A DNA stretch of 64,000 nt from an uncultured Methylococcaceae bacterium (GTDB lineage Bacteria > Pseudomonadota > Gammaproteobacteria > Methylococcales > Methylomonadaceae), in assembly GCA_903873165.1 (NCBI GenBank), contig CAIQNQ010000103.1:8387-72386 (forward strand). Direction: 5' to 3'. Below, in pieces: positions 58,119 to 64,000 of this stretch (its first letter is position 1; every line of letters begins with the position of its first letter). The notes under the pieces were generated by a model. The model was given only the letters and a program-made list of their open reading frames with translations. It was not told the origin of the DNA and searched no databases. Both the position numbers and the translations under genes were made by a program.

Positions 58119-59009
58119 TTATTGTTGTCCATTACGTTCGCGGTAACGAAGCAACATACCTAATTTATCAGCCGCGTAATTGCTGACACTTTTATCACTA
58201 TCATTCTGGGCCTGTTCCAGCAGATCCTGATTATTGGCTGCACTTTCAATTGCCGCCATGCGCACGCTACTGTCGGTATCCTGTAAACCACGACTAATAA
58301 TTTCCTTAGCATTGTCTTTGTCTAATGCCGCCATTGATGACAAGGCCTGACTGCGGATGGTGGGGTTTTTATCCCCCATCGCCTCGGTAAGTGCTGCACG
58401 CACATTTGGATCATTAATATTGGCGCCTGCCGTTAAATAACTGAGGGCATTTTTACGTTCTTCTGCGGTTTTGGCTTCTTTAAGACCGGTTAATAGGGCA
58501 TCGGAGTATTCTTTATTGGGTGGTTCCGGTTTTCGTTGGGAATTATCGATACCAGATTCAGTTTTTATGGATACGGGTGTGGATTCAATCGTTAAGGTCT
58601 GACAACTACCAACACTGGAACCTAGTAGCCAAAATTCTGCGGGTTTGCCGGGTTCCGGTTTGTTTGCTACCAAGCCAATTTGCTTGGCCAGCAAGCAATC
58701 CATTAATTGCCAAACGTTTGTGCCAGCGCAAGTCGCCGTTACCGGCGCTTCTGGTAATGCGGAGTAATGAAAAATTGCACCAGTTTTACTGGCAATTTCA
58801 TTAAGGATTTCCCCCAGGGGCATTTGCCTTACTTCTAAACTGATCGGGCTGTCTGCTTGTGTCGATAACACAAGTTGAATGCTGGGTTGTATCGTCGGCG
58901 TTACCACGGGTTTATCTTTTACCGTTTCAGCAAGCAAGGGATTGCTAGACAAAAAGCTCCCAACCATTGAAACGACCAAGCTTATATATTGCGTATATTT
59001 AATGATCAA
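58119..59009 (-). CDS. secreted HEAT-repeat protein (copy 2)
   Basis: TTG start with a signal-like N-terminus. The C-terminal half carries HEAT-like repeats (MGDKNPTIRSQALSSM, LQDTDSSVRMAAIES, DSDKSVSNYAADKL). Confidence 0.65.
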   Translation of the reverse strand: MIIKYTQYISLVVSMVGSFLSSNPLLAETVKDKPVVTPTIQPSIQLVLSTQADSPISLEVRQMPLGEILNEIASKTGAIFHYSALPEAPVTATCAGTNVWQLMDCLLAKQIGLVANKPEPGKPAEFWLLGSSVGSCQTLTIESTPVSIKTESGIDNSQRKPEPPNKEYSDALLTGLKEAKTAEERKNALSYLTAGANINDPNVRAALTEAMGDKNPTIRSQALSSMAALDKDNAKEIISRGLQDTDSSVRMAAIESAANNQDLLEQAQNDSDKSVSNYAADKLGMLLRYRERNGQQ

Positions 59010-59103
59010 GCGTCTATAACCTCTAGTTTAGAAATAGCAGGGCTTAAATCACATCCCCACGTAGCCCGTGGGGATGAGAAAAAGAGTTAAAAGGTATAGA
59101 GAG

Positions 59104-59934
59104 TTAAAAAGCCCGCACAGCCCGGACAGGAGCATAGGCATTTTTAGGAGCGTATCCAGCGTCACCGTAGTAGAAGTCGTAAGTCCAGGCCCCCAAGTCG
59201 TCGCTTTCTGAAGAACTCCAGAAGGAAGTACTGTCTGATTTAGTAATACCTCCTACCCCATGATCCGCTAAATTCTTATACATTAGAGTAAGTTCGTTAA
59301 TTGATGGTAAATACCAATCACTTTTATTGGCTGTTAAATAAAGATCAGCTTGCTTGGCTGCACCCGTTGAGCAAGCTCCAAGCATGGCTGTGGTGTTCGC
59401 CTTACCAGCACCTAAAGCTCTAGCAGACCAAGCCGCTACCTGTGGAATTGAGGTGTTGGTAATATTACACCACTGGGTAACTGCTATATCAGTCGGAGCG
59501 GCTTCCAGATAATTAAAGCCTGGATATTCATCGTTATAATCAACAAAGAATATCCAGCCCCCACCGGGACCTACCTCGCCAACTTTACAAGCCACTTTGC
59601 CACTGGCACCACAAGTCATAGAATAGGCAAATGAACTTCCAGAGCCTGAAGAACCTGCAGGCCCCATAGCCCCTGTAGCCCCCATAGCCCCTGTGTCACC
59701 TTTTGCGCCAGTGGCCCCCGTCATTCCTATCGGTCCCTGAACTCCTGGCTCACCTTTAGCTCCTTTTGGGCCTCTTGGTCCAATAGGTCCTCTTGGACCT
59801 CTAGTTCCAGCGGACGATGCCGTTGCTAGCCCTTGAACGCCCACAGCGTCTGTTGCATCAGCAACACTCCATAATGATGACAATATCAGTGCTGACATAA
59901 TCATTGGTATTTTTAATAACGATAATATTTTCAT
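59104..59934 (-). CDS. secreted collagen-like triple-helix repeat protein with DUF1566 (Lcl-type) C-terminal domain
   Basis: Signal peptide, then about 19 uninterrupted G-X-Y triplets ([40 protein letters not shown]...). The C-terminal domain contains [14 protein letters not shown], which is typical of DUF1566. Confidence 0.75.
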   Translation of the reverse strand: MKILSLLKIPMIMSALILSSLWSVADATDAVGVQGLATASSAGTRGPRGPIGPRGPKGAKGEPGVQGPIGMTGATGAKGDTGAMGATGAMGPAGSSGSGSSFAYSMTCGASGKVACKVGEVGPGGGWIFFVDYNDEYPGFNYLEAAPTDIAVTQWCNITNTSIPQVAAWSARALGAGKANTTAMLGACSTGAAKQADLYLTANKSDWYLPSINELTLMYKNLADHGVGGITKSDSTSFWSSSESDDLGAWTYDFYYGDAGYAPKNAYAPVRAVRAF

Positions 59935-60031
59935 AAATGTTTTCTCAATTTAAGATGCGAATTTAACTTTTAAACCAACTGATAAAGTGGGTAGGATTAA
60001 CCTTATGGAACGTTAAGGCTAATGTTAACTA

Positions 60032-60047
60032 AGCAGGTTACGTGCCA
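60032..60047 (-). promoter_or_regulatory. sigma54-type promoter (minus strand TGGCACG-TAAC-CTGCT)
   Basis: The reverse complement of 60032-60047 has canonical GG/GC spacing and a near-consensus -24 box. It lies about 100 nt upstream of the collagen-like gene start at 59934. Confidence 0.6.
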
Positions 60048-60117
60048 TATTTATAAAAATATTTATAAATGACATATTACTGTAATATTGAGTCTGTTTT
60101 TGCGAAGGTTATTTTAT

Positions 60118-60130
60118 TAACCAATTGATA
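60118..60130 (-). promoter_or_regulatory. IHF-consensus-like site (minus strand TATCAATTGGTTA)
   Basis: Matches WATCAANNNNTTR and lies between the palindrome pair and the sigma54 element. The motif carries little information. Confidence 0.25.
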
Positions 60131-60218
60131 TATAATAATATTTACAGGAAGGTAAATAAAAATATATTATTTGAATAAGTTGTCAATTAAATCGGAATTA
60201 AATTAACTTTTTTAAAGC

Positions 60219-60234
60219 AGTGTTATATGACGCA
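60219..60234. promoter_or_regulatory. palindromic site A (AGTGTTAT ATGACGCA)
   Basis: Three mismatches to TGTGTCAT ATGACACA. It is flanked by AAAGC and GTTTT. Confidence 0.55.
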
Positions 60235-60248
60235 GTTTTATAGATAAG

Positions 60249-60264
60249 TGTGTCATATAACACA
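60249..60264. promoter_or_regulatory. palindromic site B (TGTGTCAT ATAACACA)
   Basis: One mismatch to the consensus. The centre is 30 bp from site A. Confidence 0.65.
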
Positions 60265-60267
60265 AGT

Positions 60268-60933
60268 TTAGCCATCCAGAATATCTATAACTGTTTCGCA
60301 GCTAATTTCGTTTTCAGTGCTATTGCCTATAAAATAGGCCAATCTTTCAATAGCCTGCCAATAAATAGCTGTGTTGATAAATTCAAAAGCTTCCCTAAGT
60401 AGTCGCGTTATGTTTTCTGAATGACGCGACTTATCCGCAATAAAATCATCGAGATACTCCTGAATATTTTCTAGATCAGAACTACCGCCATATTGGTGTA
60501 AGGTATTTATCTCGATATTTTGTAAATCAAAACGCTGCCCACTTTTAAGGGCTAGATATTTGGCTTCTGCTAATGGCCCCGCTAGTAGATTGACAATATC
60601 TGCCTCAAATGCGCTTTTAATACTATCTTTTTCGCTATTACTATAAAACATACTGCTTTCGATGATATTAAACGGTAGGTTTTGTATTAAGCGGCCTTCG
60701 ATCACTTGGGCAATATAATGTTTATCCCTAGGATCAATTTGATTTGAATTCGATAGTATGGATGATGAATTGCTTCTCAGATTTATCTGAAAATAAACGG
60801 GGGGTAAGTTTTTTTGTTGATTATTAAGATGTATGGCGGCCGCATGACCCGCTTCATGAAAAGCAGTTTTTAATAATAAGTCTTTATCAAAAAGGCTGTG
60901 GGTATGGTAGTTAATTGGGTGATTTCGTTTCAT
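60268..60933 (-). CDS. stand-alone M41 (FtsH-peptidase-like) HEAGH zinc metalloprotease domain protein
   Basis: 221 aa. AFHEAGHAAAIHL resembles the FtsH HEAGHA motif, and YGGSSDLENIQEY resembles the FtsH G.S.D...A segment. There is no AAA domain, TM segment or signal peptide. Confidence 0.55.
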   Translation of the reverse strand: MKRNHPINYHTHSLFDKDLLLKTAFHEAGHAAAIHLNNQQKNLPPVYFQINLRSNSSSILSNSNQIDPRDKHYIAQVIEGRLIQNLPFNIIESSMFYSNSEKDSIKSAFEADIVNLLAGPLAEAKYLALKSGQRFDLQNIEINTLHQYGGSSDLENIQEYLDDFIADKSRHSENITRLLREAFEFINTAIYWQAIERLAYFIGNSTENEISCETVIDILDG

Positions 60934-60951
60934 TAAGTCGCCTCAAACTAT

Positions 60952-60978
60952 AAAAAAAAGCGGTCATAATGACCGCTT
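60952..60978 (-). terminator. intrinsic-terminator-like hairpin in the 5' leader of the M41-like gene (minus strand)
   Basis: 9-bp perfect stem AAGCGGTCA / TGACCGCTT with a 3-nt loop. A T8 run follows on the minus strand and ends about 18 nt before the ATG at 60933. Confidence 0.5.
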
Positions 60979-61079
60979 GAGGGGGAGGATCTTTAAACTC
61001 TGATACCTTTAGGGGCGGAGCGCCTATCAAGAGTTGCATACAGAATAGACCTGAAAAAGATATTTGGAAATGTGGCAAA

Positions 61080-61093
61080 TTGTCGCGCGACAA
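61080..61093. promoter_or_regulatory. 14-bp perfect palindrome TTGTCGCGCGACAA, flanked by GATATTTGG direct repeats
   Basis: Read directly from the sequence. A related half-site, AATGTCGCGA, lies at 61094-61103. GATATTTGG occurs at about 61059 and 61102. Confidence 0.4.
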
Positions 61094-61107
61094 AATGTCG
61101 CGATATT

Positions 61108-61123
61108 TGGCATAGTTACTGCT
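61108..61123 (+). promoter_or_regulatory. sigma54-like element (TGGCAT-AGTTA-CTGCT)
   Basis: GG at 61109-10 and GC at 61121-22 have the canonical spacing. It lies upstream, not downstream, of palindromes C and D, about 240 nt from the ATG at 61364. Confidence 0.4.
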
Positions 61124-61202
61124 TTATATTCCTTTCTTAATTTTTAAAGTCTCGGTTAATTGAGAGTTTTCAAGGCATACAAGCCATTAATTTAAATAGA
61201 GC

Positions 61203-61218
61203 TGTGTCATAAGACACA
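61203..61218. promoter_or_regulatory. palindromic site C (TGTGTCAT AAGACACA)
   Basis: One mismatch to the consensus. Confidence 0.65.
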
Positions 61219-61232
61219 ACTTTTAGCAAAAG

Positions 61233-61248
61233 TGGGTGATATGACGCA
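61233..61248. promoter_or_regulatory. palindromic site D (TGGGTGAT ATGACGCA)
   Basis: Three mismatches to the consensus, an AAAAG 5' flank, and a centre 30 bp from site C. Confidence 0.5.
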
Positions 61249-61302
61249 TAGTTCGTTAAGGCTGGGTAGCAGTCAATAGCACCCTATTTAAATAAGAATG
61301 AT

Positions 61303-61331
61303 TTGCATTTGCATATTTCTAAGGTTAGAAT
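61303..61331 (+). promoter_or_regulatory. candidate sigma70 promoter (TTGCAT-17 nt-TAGAAT)
   Basis: Hexamers with a 17-nt spacer, about 30 nt upstream of the ATG at 61364. Confidence 0.35.
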
Positions 61332-61363
61332 CTAATTAACTAACAAATAGTGGAGATAGGTGT

Positions 61364-62884
61364 ATGAAAGATCATAAAGTTTTAAGAAATAGTTTGGGCA
61401 TTATGGCAGTGACGGTGTTTAGTCTGTCAGCCAATGCTTTAGATAAGCCACAGACGATGGACGATATGTGGAAAATTATCCAAGCACAACAACAGCAACT
61501 TAACGACATGAAGTCCCGTTTAGAAAAAGCGGAGAGTAAATCGACGGTTGCCAGCGTTCAACCAGCCAATCAGTCAGTTTCTGATAATAAACCGCCACTA
61601 GAGAATAAAGATTCAACGAGTCTTGCCACCAATTCTCAGGGCACTCAGCCACAAACTACTAATAATCAGGTAAAGAAATTAGAGCGTAAAACCGATATTC
61701 TTAGTCAAGAAGTTGAGAAGTTGCGCACAAACCTAGCCATTCCAGAAGAAAAACAACTTAAAAGCGCTTATGGTATGGGGCCTGCTGCTTCTAAGGTATA
61801 TCAGGTGGGTAAAGGTTTATCGATTGGGGGTTATGGGGAAGGTTTTTATCAAAATATTGTTGGCGATAAAGGTACAGAAAAATCGAAAGCGGATATGGAA
61901 AGAATGGTGATGTACGTTGGTTATAAGTTTACCGATAGTATTATCATGAATAGTGAGTTGGAGTTTGAACATGGCACTACGGGTGAGGGCGCTGAAGCAA
62001 AAGGTGAAGTCTCTGCAGAATTTGCTTATTTAGATTTTTTATTCAATCCTAAAGTGAATGTGCGCACTGGCTTAGTATTAATGCCGATGGGGCTGATTAA
62101 TAGAATGCACGAGCCATTATTTTATTTTGGTAATCATCGTCCGGTGGTTGAGCAAACTATTATCCCAACTACGTGGCGAGAAATGGGTGTCGGCCTGTTT
62201 GGTGCTATCACGCCTAATCTGACGTATACCACTTATGCCGTTAATGGCTTAAATGCCCGTGGTTTTAGCTCTACGGGTGTTCGTGAGGGTTCGGGTGGTG
62301 GTAGTCAAGCCTTAGCACAAGATTTGGGTTATGTGGCTCGGTTAGACTATACGCCTAATGCTTTACCTGGCTTAACCATAGGTGGTTCGGGTTACGTTAG
62401 TAATTCTGGTCAAGATTTGACTTATAATGGTCAAAAGGCAAATGTATTAACCCAAATATATGAGTCGCATTTACAATGGAAATATTATGGTCTTGAATTT
62501 AGAGCGTTAGGATCATGGGGGTTGATTAATAATGCGGGCTTACTGAGTGCTAACGTCGGCGCAAACCCTATTACCGGTGAAAATGTAATTGGCTCACAAA
62601 ATTATGGTTGGTACACTGAAGCGGGTTATGACGTTTTACCATTGATGTTTAAAGATACTCCGCAATATTTAGCACCTTTTGTGCGTTATGAAAAATTAAA
62701 TACCATCGCTAAGGCCCCATTGGGTTATAGTGCTGACCCTACTAAGGATCAGGAAGTATTTCAGGTGGGTTTACAGTATAAGCCTATCCCACAAGTGGTA
62801 CTTAAAGCGGATTATAGAAATTTTGTGGCAAAACAAGGCAGTTTGCCAGATGATTTCAATTTAGGTTTTGGTTTTATATTTTAA
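61364..62884 (+). CDS. outer-membrane porin-like beta-barrel with N-terminal coiled-coil
   Basis: Signal peptide, a Q-rich coiled-coil (MWKIIQAQQQQLNDMKSRLEKAE, KKLERKTDILSQEVEKLR), and then alternating beta-strand-type sequence ending ...NLGFGFIF with a terminal Phe. Confidence 0.65.
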   Translation: MKDHKVLRNSLGIMAVTVFSLSANALDKPQTMDDMWKIIQAQQQQLNDMKSRLEKAESKSTVASVQPANQSVSDNKPPLENKDSTSLATNSQGTQPQTTNNQVKKLERKTDILSQEVEKLRTNLAIPEEKQLKSAYGMGPAASKVYQVGKGLSIGGYGEGFYQNIVGDKGTEKSKADMERMVMYVGYKFTDSIIMNSELEFEHGTTGEGAEAKGEVSAEFAYLDFLFNPKVNVRTGLVLMPMGLINRMHEPLFYFGNHRPVVEQTIIPTTWREMGVGLFGAITPNLTYTTYAVNGLNARGFSSTGVREGSGGGSQALAQDLGYVARLDYTPNALPGLTIGGSGYVSNSGQDLTYNGQKANVLTQIYESHLQWKYYGLEFRALGSWGLINNAGLLSANVGANPITGENVIGSQNYGWYTEAGYDVLPLMFKDTPQYLAPFVRYEKLNTIAKAPLGYSADPTKDQEVFQVGLQYKPIPQVVLKADYRNFVAKQGSLPDDFNLGFGFIF

Positions 62885-62914
62885 TAGGTTACGGCTCTTT
62901 AGTGGAACTACACG

Positions 62915-63457
62915 ATGAAAATAGTTAAGTTAATTTTATTAAGCGGCATATTGCTGATGGTTACACCCAGTTTTGCGACTATTTATTACAGCAAAAATGA
63001 AGCGATGGAATTGGCCTTCGGTGCAGGTATCCCTATTGAGCCGTTATCTTTATTTCCCGATGAAGCACAGATCGCTAAAATAGAACAAGTCGCTAAGCAA
63101 AAATTAGAGTCCGGCTTATTCACTTTTTATGTCGGTAAAAATCAAGATAAAATATTGGGCTATGCAGCCATAGAAACCAGTACAGTTAGGACTAAACCAG
63201 AAACCTTGTTGATTGTATTAACCCCAGAGGGTGAGTTACGTAATATTTATACTTTAGCTTTTCATGAGCCGAATGAATATGAGCCGCCGCAAGCTTGGTA
63301 TGAAAGGCTCTATAATAAGCCGCTTGCTAACATGGATTTTAATAAAGGTGTGGATGGCATCAGTGGCGCGACCTTAAGTACGCGTACTGCGTTAAGTAGT
63401 ATTCGTAAAGTAATGATGATTTATCAAGTTATGATAAAAAATAAGGACTCTGAATAA
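62915..63457 (+). CDS. FMN-binding domain protein (predicted ApbE substrate), exported
   Basis: Signal/anchor MKIVKLILLSGILLMVTPSFA. The C-terminal VDGISGATLSTRTALSSIRKV matches the FMN_bind flavinylation motif D-x-x-S-G-A-T. Confidence 0.75.
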   Translation: MKIVKLILLSGILLMVTPSFATIYYSKNEAMELAFGAGIPIEPLSLFPDEAQIAKIEQVAKQKLESGLFTFYVGKNQDKILGYAAIETSTVRTKPETLLIVLTPEGELRNIYTLAFHEPNEYEPPQAWYERLYNKPLANMDFNKGVDGISGATLSTRTALSSIRKVMMIYQVMIKNKDSE

Positions 63458-63960
63458 TGCGGTATTTTGTAACAGGTGAGCAACAACGCAAAGCATTACT
63501 TAACGCGTTGGTGTTGATGTTTTTAGGCTATATTGCTTTACTATGGTTGAGTAATGCATTGATGTATTTTCATCATATGGCTTTAACGCCCAGTTCAGTA
63601 ATCGCCTATTATTTGGGTTCAGAAGAACAATTTACCCAGCCTAGAAGCTATCAAGGCATGTTAGAAGTGTCACATTTTCATTTGTTTTCTATGGGCATGT
63701 TGATAGTGACGTTAACCCATCTAATGTTAATGACAGATTTTTCGGTATATCTAAAGATTTGGCTCAGTGCATTAACTTATCTTTCTGCTATAGCAGATGA
63801 GGCAGCCGGTTGGTTGGTAAGGTTTGTACATCCATTGTTTGCCTATTTTAAAATTGCGGCCTTTATTACCTTAGAGTGTTCATTGTTGGCATTGTTAGTC
63901 GTAGTGATTTGGGCGTTGTTAAGGGCTAGAACACAAATGCAGCCTACCCAAACAGATTAA
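63457..63960 (+). CDS. 4-TM membrane protein with conserved-looking His residues, unknown family
   Basis: 167 aa with four hydrophobic segments. His residues lie at or within the helices (YFHHM, SHFHLF, LTHLM, FVHP). Its ATG overlaps the stop of the FMN-binding gene. Confidence 0.55.
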   Translation: MRYFVTGEQQRKALLNALVLMFLGYIALLWLSNALMYFHHMALTPSSVIAYYLGSEEQFTQPRSYQGMLEVSHFHLFSMGMLIVTLTHLMLMTDFSVYLKIWLSALTYLSAIADEAAGWLVRFVHPLFAYFKIAAFITLECSLLALLVVVIWALLRARTQMQPTQTD

Positions 63961-64000
63961 TGTTTTAATAAGCTTTTGGGCACTAAACAATCGACTCCTT

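Noticed and set aside
60911-61093. 60-aa minus-strand track ORF upstream of the M41-like gene
   Set aside because: It runs straight through a strong hairpin/T8 terminator and overlaps the start of the downstream gene. It has odd composition and no ribosome-binding site. It is more likely non-coding leader sequence.

Overview
This looks like a gammaproteobacterial-type chromosomal segment, roughly 40-45% GC by eye. I saw no rRNA, tRNA, CRISPR array, transposase or integrase. The backbone is housekeeping: ileS-ribF-murJ, rpsT, an ABC importer, proC-yggT, cobO, hemL, a UPF0182 protein, tex, ppk2, aas, glnK-amtB, dut and argB. Three accessory regions interrupt it. (1) 6.6-9.4 kb is a small toxin-antitoxin patch: a 5'-truncated methyltransferase, a HigB/HigA-like pair, and a VapB antitoxin next to a frameshifted VapC carrying an 11-bp tandem duplication. 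(2) 25.4-35.3 kb is a Type I restriction-modification island with a solo half-size HsdS, hsdM, a full hsdS, hsdR and a DUF45/HExxH hydrolase. A translationally coupled SLATT (2-TM) plus SMODS nucleotidyltransferase pair, resembling a minimal CBASS module, sits between hsdS and hsdR. It is followed by a diverged hsdR 5' relic, and a decayed parDE remnant lies at the island edge. (3) 46.2-64 kb is the most unusual part. Two diverged, convergently arranged copies of an envelope gene set are present: a HEAT-repeat protein, a secreted protein predicted to mature with an N-terminal His, an FKBP isomerase, a DUF4266 lipoprotein, and a roughly 900-aa DUF3570 protein fused to a Met/His-rich beta-barrel. 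An ApbE flavin transferase sits at the junction. Nearby are a collagen-like/DUF1566 protein, a stand-alone M41-like HEAGH protein, and a porin/FMN-binding/4-TM operon. Three promoter regions here share paired copies of the palindrome TGTGTCAT-ATGACACA, spaced 30-32 bp apart and lying next to sigma54-type -24/-12 elements. I propose this as an uncharacterised sigma54/enhancer-controlled envelope metal/redox regulon. All coordinates of short motifs were counted by hand and all family assignments come from recalled motifs, not searches.
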